Shown here: positions 12,040 to 24,233 of the stretch, in pieces | Layout of the letters: the number at the start of each line of letters is the position of its first letter | Numbering within the stretch: the first letter of the stretch is position 1 | Assembly (NCBI RefSeq): GCF_963921235.1 | Contig: NC_086108.1 | Location: 99,264,001-99,328,000 of the forward strand | Direction of reading: 5' to 3' | Source of the DNA: Mobula hypostoma | Taxonomy: Eukaryota | DNA length: 64,000 bases | The notes under the pieces: model-generated | The model's input: only the letters and a program-made list of their open reading frames with translations | Told to the model about the DNA's origin: nothing | The model's database searches: none | Made by a program: the position numbers and the translations under genes

Positions 12040-12995
12040 TGTGATCTCTCGAGTCGAGTGTGATGTTCCTCCAAGGGGTTGTCTATTGGTGACTGTAGAG
12101 GCTGATGTGGGATCCACATACTCTGGTGCTGTGTGGGCGAGTAGGTGGTGGCTATACTCTATGTAACATTTCAGTAATATTTGAGTAATATCGTAAATAT
12201 TTTGTTTGATTAAGCATTCTTTATCTGTTTATATTATTCAGTATGGGTTATATGTCAGAAGTACGGTACATGGATGGCCTATATTATTACATCACCACAT
12301 CATGTGTGCGTCTCACTAGAAGAAAAGCAAAGAAAAAGTAGGCAAGTATCCTGGCTCCGGGTTTTTTTTTCCCTCCCAATTAATTTCGGAAACTGCAAAA
12401 CATAAGTGTTTGGGTCTTTTCGTTGTTCAGTCTCTCCTCTCTCAGCTGCTGCTTGTTCGCTGTGGCACAGCGGAGGTCGTTCTCATGTAGCACAGCTCCC
12501 TCTTGAACAGATTTCCTCCAGGTGTACCTATTGAGTGCAGTGTCTTCCCAGTTTTTAGATGTAGTGTTTGAATATTTTCAGGCTAATTTTGATGTCTTCT
12601 TTTGAAGGGTTTCCTTTGCCCTCCAAGGGATTGCTGACCTTCCTACAACTGGGGATAGAGGACCTTTTTGGGAGATGTGGGTTAGGCATCTGGATGGCAT
12701 GGCATTCATCAGGGCTGATCCATCTGTACTGGATCCTTTTTGGTGTTGCTTTATCATAGTGGGGATGCTGTTCATGTTGGCCTCCTCCAGTACGCTGATG
12801 TTAGTGCGCCTGTCCTTCCTACTGATCCGCAATCTTTTGAAACGATCTTTGGTGGTATTGTTCCAGGTCTACTGCAAATTGTCAATGATTCAGCTCCATA
12901 CAGTAATGTAGGAAGGATGAACTACTCTATAAATCTGAAGTTTTGTTTGGGGCTGTCGATGCTAACAGGTATTTCTCCTGTCGTTTGAACTCCTT
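12040..12995 (-). mobile_element. RTE-clade LINE 3' part, interrupted by ~250 bp AT-rich insert (~12150-12405)
   Basis: ISRKDRRTNISVLEEAN...IPTMIKQHQ is typical of the RTE ORF C-terminus. Confidence 0.75.
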
Positions 12996-15109
12996 AGCAA
13001 ATGTACCCATACCTTCCTGCAAGATGACCAAGACAACATGCTCTGCTATATGGAGTGTAACATTCTCAAATGTTCCTTATAAGATATGCTCTCTATTCCA
13101 GGGAGCAACCTGGTAAATCTCCTTTGCACCTTCTCTAAAGCTTCTACATCCTTCCTATAATGAGGCAACTAGAACTGAACAATATCTGATCGGAGTAATA
13201 TAAAGCTGATACATTACATCACAGCTCTTGAACTCAATCCATTGACCAATGAAGACCCACACACTATATGCTTTCTCAACCACCCTATCACCTTGCAGGG
13301 CAACATTGAGTGTACTTGGACACCTAGATCCCTCTGTTCAAAGTTCAAAGGTTTGAAGTACATTTATTATCAAAGTATGTATACTATATACAACCATCTC
13401 CTTACAGGCAGCCACAAAACAAAGACCCAGTAGAACCCATTTAAAAAAAGTCCATCATACACCCAATGTGCAGAAGAACTTTACACTGCTGAGAATATGC
13501 AGCCTTAAAGAAAAAGAATTCAAAATGATTAAATCACTAATATAATAATTTAGTGATTTAATAATGACATAATGTTAATGCATTATATTAGTGACGATTT
13601 GTTAATCACTTGGTTTCAAACTTTCTTTAATGTTACGTAAACATGTGGTGGCTGAATCATAATTTGTTAGTCTTCTTTTGCTTAATGCCATTAGGACTCA
13701 GTCAACAGTTGCTAGTCAACTAAATTATGCCAGAGTCTACCGTTAAAAATAATACAGCAACAGAATTCTGGGCTTATCTGAAACAAGTGTTTCAGAGCAC
13801 ATTGACAATTAGATGTAATTGAGCATTACTTGTAGAGTCATAAAGCACTACAGTACATAAATAGGCCCTTCAGCCCATCTAGTCCTGCCTATCCCCAAAT
13901 ACCTCTCCAATCCATATCCAACTGTTGACCAGAAGAAACTACATTCTAAGCAAGGGCAGGGGAAGCAGACAAGCCAGATCTCTGTTTCCCCCCATTTTGG
14001 GGACTCTGAGCTGATTCTTGCTCTTGGGTAATCTAATCAGAGCAACTGAGTGTGGGCACAGAAAGGTTCAGGTAATGATCTGCTGAACCTGAGACCATTC
14101 TCAGAGGAGTGGCTACTTGTTATGTAAAATGCCAGAATAAAGAAGCAATCTGTAATCTTGTTAGACTCTGTTAGACCAGTTCTCATTTAACTGGTTTGGA
14201 CCAGTCAGTGTAAAGGCACAAATACACAAGGCTAGAGTGGGCAGAACCATGAAACAATGTTGGTTGTAGCTGTACTCTTACTGTACAATGACCAGCGAGA
14301 AGGTGACCCAGGTAAGTCAGGTGACCTTGAGCCAGTGGGATGGAGATTCCAACAGTTCAATTGATGAGGAACAGTATAAGACTCAGGAACTCCAAATACA
14401 CAGGGGCGACAACACTCCAGCAGCCAGAGACCAACCATCGCGGGTAAGGAGGACCCCACGGACACATGGAGATCAGGACCACAAGGAACACCTGGCCGGA
14501 GTAGACTCCTTTCCTGGGTAATACCTTTTCTCTTTATTGACTGTTCATGGATGGTCAGGAGTTCTAGTACAGCACTTACATGTAGAAAGGATGTGAACCC
14601 ATTTGATTTTTAGTTGAAATAATAAAAGTTACTTGATGGCAAGTACAGATTCGCTGTGCCTCACTAATCATTATTACAAGGGGTGATTCTTGTAACACAA
14701 CCTTCTCTTAAATGTTGCAATTGAACCTGAATCTACCACTTCTGCCCACAGTCACACCACCCTGTGTGAGAAAAAGATTCTCCTCATATTCCCAGTAAAT
14801 ATTCCACCTTTCACTTGTGACCCTTGTGACTGAACCTCTGAGGAAGAAGCCTGGAAGCATTCTATACCCCTCATGATGTGTATACCTCAGCAAGATCTCC
14901 CCTCAGTCTCCAGAACTCCAGTGAAATATCCTAACCTACTCAAACTATCCTCCTAACTCTGGTCCTAATATTTGTCCTTACAGTTCAGACATGATGAGAT
15001 CAGAGGGGGAAAGGACTATAAATCCATCTTATCTATGCTCCTCATGAATCTATAAGTATCTGTAAGGTCATCCCTCAGCCTCTTTCACTCCAGGGTAAAT
15101 ATTCCCATT

Positions 15110-15791
15110 TGGGGTGATATACTGCGTCTGGTGCTCCCGATGTGGCCTTTTATATATTGGCGAGACCTGACGCAGACTGGGAGACCGCTTTGCTGAACAC
15201 CTACGCTCTGTCCGCCAGAGAAAGCAGGATCTCCCAGTGGCCACACATTTTAATTCCACATCCCATTCCCATTCTGATATGTCTATCCACGGCCTCCTCT
15301 ACTGTAAAGATGAAGCCACACTCAGGTTGGAGGAACAACACCTTATATTCCGTCTGGGTAGCCTCCAACCTGATGGCATGAACATCGACTTCTCTAACTT
15401 CCACTAATGCCCCACCTCCCCCTCGTACCCCATCTGTTACTTATTTCTATACACACATTCTTTCTCACTCTCCTTTTTCTCCCTCTGTCCCTCTGAATAT
15501 ACCTCTTGCCCATCCTCTGGGTCACCCTGTCTTTCTTCCCGGTCCTCCTGTCCCATGATCCTCTCGTATCCCTTTTGCCCATCACCTGTCCAGCTCTTGG
15601 TTCCATCCCGCCCCCTCCTGTCTTCTCCTATCATTTTGGATCTCCCCCTCCCCCTCCAACTTTCAAATCCCTTACTCACTCTTCCTTCAGTTAGTCCTGA
15701 CGAAGGGTCTCGGCCTGAAACGTCGACTGCACCTCTTCCTAGAGATGCTGCCTGGCCTGCTGCGTTCACCAGCAACTTTTATGTGTGTTGC
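15110..15791 (+). mobile_element. Penelope-like element 3' part: GIY-YIG endonuclease remnant, 3' UTR, hammerhead
   Basis: 15111-15407 reads GVIYCVWCSRCGLLYIGET*RRLGDRFAEHLRSV...HFN...LEEQHLIFRLGSLQPDGMNIDFSNFH*; TSD TATTCCCATT at 15100-15109 and 15792-15801. Confidence 0.92.
15692..15729 (+). ncRNA. Minimal type-I hammerhead ribozyme motif
   Basis: TAGTC-CTGACGA-AGG-gtctcgg-CCT-GAAA-CG-TC-GACTG: stem I, CUGANGA, stem II, GAAA, palindromic ACGT stem III, UC cleavage site. Confidence 0.85.
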
Positions 15792-16158
15792 TATTCCCAT
15801 TGCTATTCATTCTCTCCTTGTAACTCAAGCCCTCCACTCCTGGCAGCATGGTCTGAATACTTTCTGCATCCTCTCCAGCTCAATCACATCCTTCCTGCAG
15901 TACAGTGACCTGAGCTGTTCACAAGACCCAGAGGCAGTCTCAGCATCTTGCACAGCTCTAAAATGATGTCCCAACTCTGCTGAATGTTCCTTCCAATGAA
16001 GACAAGCATGCCGTCTGCCTTCTTCACCACTCTGTCTACTGTGTCATCTCTTTCAGGGGACAACATACTTGAGCTCCTCAGTCTCTATTCAACCACACTT
16101 GCCAGGGTCTGTTCACTCACCACGTAATCTCTGCCTTAGTTTAGTTTTTGTTGGGTTC

Positions 16159-16681
16159 TGTCAGGTTTCGGCAGGACTTGAGTGCAGACCAACAAATACT
16201 TTTTCACCAGGGTTTATTAGGGAGCCAAAGGCAACAATCTGTCAAAACCAGAAGGCAGGCACGAACCCAAAATGGCAGGCAGAGGTCTTACCAGGAAAGG
16301 CAGTCAGGCGAGGGCAGACAATCCAGAGCACACAGGCAAAAATCAGGTCCAAGAACAGGCAAAATCCAAAACACAGAATCAGGCAAAATTGGTTGGCAGA
16401 AGTCTCAATGACAGACTAGAACAACACAGGTCAAAACTAAGACAAACTGACAGAGAATATTAGTCAAGGCAGGGTTTAAATAGACAGTGTAATGAGTGAA
16501 AATTAGAAACAGGTGGGTGCAAATGAGGAGACAAGCAGGTAATTGGAGGAAGTCCAAAAAGGGAAGGAGCTGGGCCAGAACCAACATAGCCAGGTGAAAG
16601 AAAACAGAAATTAAAGACTGTCGTGATCCAGAGCTACCAGCAGAGGCCCTTCGACCCAGTGTTCAGGCTGGATCCTTAACA
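16159..16681 (-). mobile_element. Solo LTR (probable)
   Basis: TGTCAGG...CCTTAACA termini; flanks GTTC/GTTT (imperfect 4-bp TSD); tttatt gives AATAAA on minus strand. Confidence 0.55.
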
Positions 16682-16689
16682 GTTTTCCA

Positions 16690-17040
16690 AAATGCATTAA
16701 CTGGCACTTTTCCCAGTTAAATTCCATCTGCTGTTCCATGGTCTTTCCCAGTTGACCTAAATCCTGTCATAACCTGAGACAACGTTCTTCATTCTCCACC
16801 ATACCATCTGCGAACTTACTTATTGTTCCACCTATGTTCTCATCCAAAGCAATAACGTGTATGACAAACAACAGCAGACTCAACACCAATCTCTGTACCA
16901 CACCACAAGTCACAGCCCTCCACCACCAACCTCCGTTTCCTTCCACCAAACCAATTTCCTGTCCATTTGGTTGGATCACCCTGAATCCCTGTGATCTCAC
17001 CTTTCGGATCAGCCTGCCAAGAGGGACCTTGAGCAAACCA
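16690..17040 (-). mobile_element. CR1 RT fragment
   Basis: KVPLGRLIRKVRSQG...LLFVI....LDENIGGTISKFAD. Confidence 0.8.
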
Positions 17041-17949
17041 TCTGTTCTGATGTGAAGAAGACTGTGACGCAGATAGTATTGAGCCCAGACAGAACTGTTC
17101 GGAAAACCTTGTTTAAGATGGACAATTATTTGTTCCAGCCAAAATTGACCATTTTTATTGATGCCTGTTATAGCATCATATTTGTTCGTTCATTATGTGC
17201 CGTGTCTTATGACGTTGGGTGATCATGGTCTCCATGACCATGATTCTTCTTGGGAAATTTTTCTACAGAAGTGGTTTGCCTTTGCCTTCTTCTGGGCAGT
17301 GTCTTTACAAAAGAGGTGACCCCAGCCATTATCAATACCCTTCAGAGGTTGTCTGCCTGGTGTCGGTGGTCACTTAACCAGGACTTGTGATATGCAGCAT
17401 CTGTTCAACGGCCACCCACCACCTGATTGGACGGCTTCACGTGACCCTGATCGCAGGGGGCGGGGGTTGCTAAGCGGGTGCTACAGCTTACCCAAGGGTG
17501 ACCTGCAGGATAGCAGAGGGAAGGAGTGCCTTTGCTTGAGACCTACCTCCACACCACCATCCTATAGCATCATAAGTGGTCTATTTACTTCAAGCCAAAA
17601 CAACTGTACTTACACGCTGGTTCACACGTTGTTAATGTGCATGAAATGTAAGAACAAACGTAAGGATGTTTATAAGTAAATAAGGTCCTGTTAATGTTCA
17701 ATTATTTTTTGCATGCCTTTTAATGGCCTCGAAGCAATGTAAGGTTACATTCAGTGCTAATCCTGCCTACAATGGCTAATTAAGAGTTTAAGTGAAATGG
17801 AAAGTCAAAGTAGAGCTGGAAATAACCACATAATCGGTTACTGTACAAAATGGAGCAGAGCTTTCATACTTCAACAGTCATGATGCTGCGTGTGCTAGGT
17901 CATATGTGATGCATTTGACCGTGAGTGCATTTCTGCTCATGTTAGGCTC

Positions 17950-18300
17950 TGAGAGTTGTCACTCTGTCATGGTGGAGAGGCTTATGAGCTCCCGAGATCT
18001 GAAAGTGATGCCGCCTGGAGTTTAGCCATTTAGTGCTTAGCTCCTTGCAGGTAAGGTCAAGGGGGAAATTCCACACAAAGACTTGAACAGAAGGGCTGGT
18101 GAAAGATGGCGACATATCGCAACGGCAGTGAAGGTGGAGGAAGGCTGATGCAGTGAAGGGTCCCCAGTCATCTTGCGTTCCACGTCACTGGACCCAGGTC
18201 CCAATCTGTCAAGGACATTGCAGTGGCTGCCCGTGCATCAGTCTCCCCACATTAGACAAAGTCACACACAAGTGTTCCTCATTAAGGGAACCCACTCTAC
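17950..18300 (+). mobile_element. RTE (Expander/Rex3-like) 5' region remnant
   Basis: tgtcatggtggagaggctt head resembles the minus-strand head at 55700-55880; 18160-18290 resembles the minus strand of 61000-61110. Confidence 0.5.
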
Positions 18301-18610
18301 ATCTCAAATTGTCCCTTGGCGATCAGCAATGGTGAAGGGGGCAGGACTGTGAGCTCTGGAAGCCAGGATATGTGGATCCTGGACTGGTCTCTACAGCCAC
18401 CAGTAGAAGACCCATCAGCAGACACCCCAACAGAAATCATACCCGACTCGAGTGATCGCACTACATGGGTAAGCTGATCTGGAAGGTTAAATCACATGGG
18501 ATCAGGGACGAAGAAGCCAAATAGATAGAACATTGTCCAGGTGGTAGGAGATGGAATGTAGTCAAACAGGTTTGGAGGGCTATGACCAGTGGTGTGCCTC
18601 AGGGTCACTG

Positions 18611-18614
<4 letters not shown>

Positions 18615-18670
<56 letters not shown>
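18615..18670. repeat. (GT)28 microsatellite
   Basis: Perfect dinucleotide run. Confidence 0.98.
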
Positions 18671-18673
<3 letters not shown>

Positions 18674-18939
18674 GACATAAAAATTGAATAAACCCACACA
18701 CTTTTCAGAGCTTTTCATGCTTAGCAAGAATTGGCCTGCACACTTTTTCTAAATTAAGGATCATTCAGAGTATATGCTGGAAATTGTGATTAACACACAC
18801 AAATCCTGAGGAACTCAGCAAGCCAGGACTGAAGGTCTCAACATGAAAAGGTGACTGTTTATTCCTTTCCATAGGTGCTGCCTGACCTGCTGAGTTTCTC
18901 TAGCATTTTGTGTGTGTCACTGTACAATGATAAGTGGCA

Positions 18940-21285
18940 GAATTTGTTGGTTAAAATGGCAGTGAACGATTGGGATTATGAGAGGAGAGGTAGTAATAGG
19001 GGACAAGGAAATGTTGGACAAACTGAATAAGTATTTTGCATCAGTCGTCACTATGGAAGACTCTAGTAGTAAGATTAAGATTAAGATTATGAGAACACTC
19101 AGTCCTCTTTTATTGTCATTTAGAAATGCATATATGCATTAAGAAATGATAGAATGTTTCTCTGGAGTGATATCACAGAAAACAAGACAGACCAAAGACT
19201 AACACTGACAGAACCACATAATTATAACATATAGTTACAGCAGTGCAAAGCAATACCATAATTTGATAAAAAACAGATGATGGGCACAATATAAAAAAAG
19301 TCTCGAAGTCCCGAGTTGATCGACTCCTGAGTCCCCGATAGCAGCGACAAAAGGGAGAAACTCCCTGCCATAAACCTCCAGGCACCGTCAACTTGCCGAT
19401 ACCTTGGAAGCAGCCGACCACAGCTGACCCTGAGTCCATCCGTTCGAAAACTGCGAACTGCCGACCAGCCTCTCCGATACAGCCTCCCGAGCACCATCCT
19501 CTGCCGAGCGCCTTCGACCTCTCCCCGGCCGCTGAAACACGCAAAGCTGAGGATTTTGGGGCCTTCAGCTCCGGAGATTCCGGTTACCACACGGTAGCAG
19601 CGGCAGCGAAGCGGGCATTTCAGAAGTTTTCCAGATGTTCCGCTGTGCTCTCACGTCTGTCTCATCAAATCAGAATTGTGCACGGTCCCCTACTTAACAG
19701 ATAACAGATATTCATCACCAAAGTGGCCGCGCGCGCTGTCGTTGCACCGCCATCTTCTCCCCCCTCCCAGGGAGAGTATGCCAGAGGCTCGAGAGTGTCA
19801 GGGGGCAAAAGTTGAGTGCAATTGCTGTTACTAGGGAGAAGGTGCTTAGGAAGCAGAAAAGTATGAAGGTAGATAAGTCACCTTGACCAGATGGATTACA
19901 CCCAAAGGTTCTGAGAGAGACAGCTGAAGAGATTGTGGAGGTATTAGTACTGATCTTTCAAGAATCACTAGATCCTGGGATGTTTCCAGAGGATTAGAAT
20001 ATTGCAAGTGTCACTCCACTCTTCAAGAAGGGAGGGAGGCAGAAGGAAGGAAATTATAACCTAGTTAGCCTAACCTCAGTGTTTGAGAAGATGTTGGAGT
20101 TGATTGTTAAGGATGAAGTTTTGGATACATGGAGGCACATGATAAAATGAGCCAAAGTCAACATGGTTTCATTAAGGGAAAATCTTGCCTGACAAATTTA
20201 TTGGAATTCTATGAGGAATTACAAATAGGATAGACAAAGGAGAATTAGTGAATGTTTTTAACTTGGATTTTCAAAAGGCCTTTGAGAAGGTGCCACACAT
20301 GAGGCTGCTTAGCAAGATAAGAGCTCATGGTATTACAGGAAAGATACTAGCAGTGGCTGATTGGCAGGAGGCAGACAGTGGGAATAAAGGAAGCCTTTTC
20401 TGATTGGCTGCTGGTGACTAGTGTTGTTCTGCAGGAGTTTGTGTGGGAACACTTCTTTTCACATTGTATCTCAATGATTTGGATGAAGGAGTTGAGTTTG
20501 GTGGCCAAGTTTGTGGAGGATATGAAAATAGGTGGAGGGGTAGGTTGTGTTGAGGAAGCAGGGAGGATGCAGAAGGACTTAGACAGATTAGGAGAATGGG
20601 CAAAATAAGAGTCAGATAGAATACAATGTCAGGAAGTGTACGGTCATGCACTTTGGTAGAAGGAATAAAAATGTAGATTGTTTTCTAAATGGGAGAAAAT
20701 TCAAATACCTGAGGTGTTGAGGGACTTGGGAGTCCTTGTGCAGGACTCCCTACAGGTTAACTTGCAGTTTGAGTTGATGGTGCGAAAGCCAAGTGCAATG
20801 TTAGCATTCATTTCAAGAGGACGAGAATATAGAAGCAAAGATGTTATGTTAAGGCTTCATATGGCACTGGTGAGGCCACTTGAAGTATCATGAGCAGTTT
20901 TGGGCCCATTATCTAAAAAAGGGCATGCTAACATTGGAGAAAGTTCAAAGGAGGTTCATGAAAATGATTCCGGGGTTGACAGGCTGACCATATGAGGACC
21001 GTTTGGTGGCTCTGTGCCTGTGCTCGCTGTAATTTAGAAGAATGAAGGGAAATCTCATTGAAACCCATCGAAAGGCCTAGATGTGAAGAAAATGTTTCCA
21101 ATGGTGAGGAATCTACGACCTGAGGGCACAACCTCAATAGGGGGATGCCCATTTAGGACAGAGAAGGAAGTTCTTTGGCCAGAGGGTGGTGAGTCTATGG
21201 AAGTCTTTCCCACAGGCGGCTGTGGAGGCCAGGTCATTGAGTGTATTTAAGGTGGAGGTTGATACATTCTTGATAAGACAGGAAT
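18940..21285 (+). mobile_element. Long CR1 ORF2 remnant (RT domain), interrupted at ~19071-19778
   Basis: LNKYFASV, P*PDGLHP, NYNLVSLTSV, SQHGF, LDFQKAFEKVPH, KFVEDMKIGG motifs with many lesions. Confidence 0.92.
19071..19770 (-). mobile_element. Non-autonomous LINE-derived (Rex1-like) element, copy 1
   Basis: Minus strand starts GAAGATGGCG, CpG-rich body, ends tgacaataaaa...(taatct)n; colinear with 41885-42512. Confidence 0.7.
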
Positions 21286-21529
21286 CATAGAAAATTCCTG
21301 TAGATTCTGTAAGTCTGAAATAAAAACAAAAAGAGCTGGAAATACCATGTGAGTCACGCAGCATCAGGTCAGTTACCTTCGTTTCTCACTCCACAGATTT
21401 CTATAGACTAAGGCCCATTGTTTGCATTTACAAAATAAAGACTGACTAGCAACCTGTATACAAAAGAAGGCCAAATCTGCAATAAAAAAATAGTAGTGAG
21501 AACATGGTGGACGTGTGGACAAGCTGCCA

Positions 21530-22050
21530 CTATGTATTAAATGCTCCTAATGGTGTGCATCTCCAAAAGTTTCTGACAGGTGAGTCCAACTCCTGCCCTT
21601 CACGTGTGGCTCAGCTACTAAGACTGGCGGAACTGTTTCTACTGAGAGGAGAAGGGGCAAAGGCCAGTTACTGGTGCCTTAGGATTAATCATTTCGGGCA
21701 GATGGGGGCTCATCAGCCATGGTTGGCAGCTCAAATGAAGGAAGACACTGATCTCAAACCTCCGCTGCCTTCTGGCTGTACTCACTCATGGGGAAGGCCT
21801 CGGGAGTAAGCCCTGAGGGAAAACTCTGGAGCTGGAGTCCCTAAAGCACTCCTATGTTGAGCTTAATGCTGATTGGCAACTCCTGCAACACTGCTGGTGC
21901 CAAGTCTGATGTTCCTTTGGGCTCATCAGCTGTGGGGAGAGGGGGAGTCTACTGCACGGGCACCAGCTTGCTCTCGGTATCATAGATCCCTGACTTGCAC
22001 ATCACGTAGACAACTAGGACCCAATATCCATGGTCACCACCGACCAAAGG
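21530..22050 (+). mobile_element. Non-autonomous RTE-derived element, copy 2
   Basis: Colinear with 6235-6750. Confidence 0.6.
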
Positions 22051-22063
22051 AAGGCATAATAGC

Positions 22064-22110
22064 AAGGATGTGGAGATGGTGGGAAGGATGTGGAGATGGT
22101 GGGAAGGATG
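22064..22110. repeat. 20-bp tandem repeat (~2.3 copies)
   Basis: aaggatgtggagatggtggg repeated. Confidence 0.9.
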
Positions 22111-22224
22111 CAGAAGAGGTTTGTCTTGATTAGAGGGTATAAGCTGCAAGGAAAGGTTGGACAAACTTGGATGTTCTCACAAGTCGGAAGCTGAGGGGAG
22201 AGCTGACAGATTGTGAGAAACTCA

Positions 22225-22600
22225 TGTGGACTAACACAGACAAACTGTTGGAGGAAGTCAGCAGGTCAGGCCCACCCAACTATGGACAGGAATAGACAGA
22301 AAACATTTTGGGCCGAGACCCTTTATCAGGACTGGAAAGGGAGAAGGAAGAAGCCAAATAAGAAGGTGGGCAGAAGGGAAAGAGTACAGGCAAGCTGGTG
22401 ATATGTGAGACCAGGTGAGGGGGATGGTAGGTGGGTGGGGGGGGGGCGTGAACTGAGAAGTTGGGAGGTGATAGTTGGAAAAGGTAAAGGGATGAAGAAG
22501 AAGGAATCTAATTGGAGAGGAGAGTGCATCATGGGAAAAAGGGAAGGAGAGAGAAACCAGAGGGAGGTGATGGCCAGGTGAGGAGAAGAGATAAGAGGGA
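22225..22600 (-). mobile_element. Penelope-like 3' UTR/terminus
   Basis: Antisense pyrimidine-rich UTR and degenerate hammerhead (gggccgagaccctttatcaggactgg). Confidence 0.75.
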
Positions 22601-24233
22601 CAGTCCAGAATCTTTAATCCTAAAGTAGAAATGTCAGACACCAGAGGGCATGCTTTTATGCTTAGTGGGGAGAAGGTGAAAGGCAACCAGAAAGGTACTT
22701 GCAATGGGTTACCAGGGTTGTAGTGGAAGCAGGCACTCTGGTAGAGTTTAAAAGGCTTTTAGGTAGGCAATAAATATGAAGGAAATGGAAGGATATGGAT
22801 GATAAATAGGAAAAGGATATCTGCTATAATTTAGCATCAAGATTGGCACAACATTGTGGTCTGAATGGCCTGTCCAATGTTGTACAGTTCTAAATTCTCA
22901 ATAACTGCACCATTCTGCAGAAAGGGAGTTCTTTATTTACACCTAAGGGTGTTGCAAACAATCTACTGCCAGGGAAGGAGAAGATGAAAGTTATTGTCAA
23001 GCCTAGAAAAAGCAGAAGTGTTTCTGGATCTTGATTTTTCCCAGGTGTCTGGGCTTTAGATCAACATCACTGCTAGGAATACACATGCAAAAACTGGTGC
23101 AAAGGAGACCTTACATCTGTCTGAGTCTGGTTCAGCCACATTTGGAAGGGAAGGCAAAAGAAAGGCAATTGAAAATGAGAATATATCATGCTGTTACAAA
23201 AGGCAGAGATTCATATTGCGTGATAAACTTCATGTGCTGAAACCTCCTGTCAAGTTGGAAGCAAAGAAACAGTATATTAGAAAGATTGTAGAGACAGATG
23301 TTTCCAAGAACCCTTACAAGATTTAAAAATAAGAGTCAGAAAGCTCATGAGGATTAGTACAAGATGTCCAAGAAAATAATGAGGAGGACAATAAGTTTGT
23401 ATACACTCAAGAGGTGTATCCTACTGAAGAATTGACTGAAGAGAATGGATGAAGTGACATCTGCAGTGAGTACAGACGTATATACTCCATTAATAACTTC
23501 ATTTGAGACTCCAGGTATTAAAAGAAGCAACACTGATTCAGTTAGGAAGGTTGAAAAGAATTCTAAGATCAGCGAACTACGGAGCGGCCCAGTACTACAA
23601 CCTGGGTTCAACTCCACTGCTGTCGGTAAGGAGTTTGTACTTTCTCCCCGTGACCATGTGGTTTCCTCCTGATGCTCTGGTTTCCTCTCACAGTCCAAAT
23701 GGGGTTAGTAGGTGAATTGGTCGGATGGATGTAATTCGACATTGTGAGCTTATTGGGCCAGAAGGGCCTGTTACCAAAGATTCAAAGTACATTAAAGTAC
23801 GTATGAAGTATACAACCTCGAGGATTGTCTTCCCACAGACAGCCATGAAACAAAGGAAATTTAAAAACAGAGTAATTAAAAGAAACCCAATGCCATTTTA
23901 ATTTTTTTAAAATACCATGCTGTAATTCTAAATAAAACTAAACTATAAGTAAATAAATAAATAGCTTCAAGTTATTTATTAGGTAACATCCAAGTCTGTA
24001 AACATTGTTATACAAGTTTCACTTTTTTTCAAGCAGGGAAGCAAGTAATTCGTTTATGCGATGGCACTTTTGTGATGTATTTGATCATATGTATGCCTCA
24101 ACATTTTAGGAACAGCTTCTTTCCCTCCACCATCGGATTTCTAACCCAATGAACCATCCCATGAATACTATCTCACTATTTTTGCTCTCTTTTTGCGATA
24201 ATTAATTAACATATTAAATTAATGAATACTTAC

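Noticed and set aside
14288..14521. 77-aa ORF with CAG/GTAAGT donor-like site at 14310
   Set aside because: No recognisable domain and no convincing acceptor; unsupported
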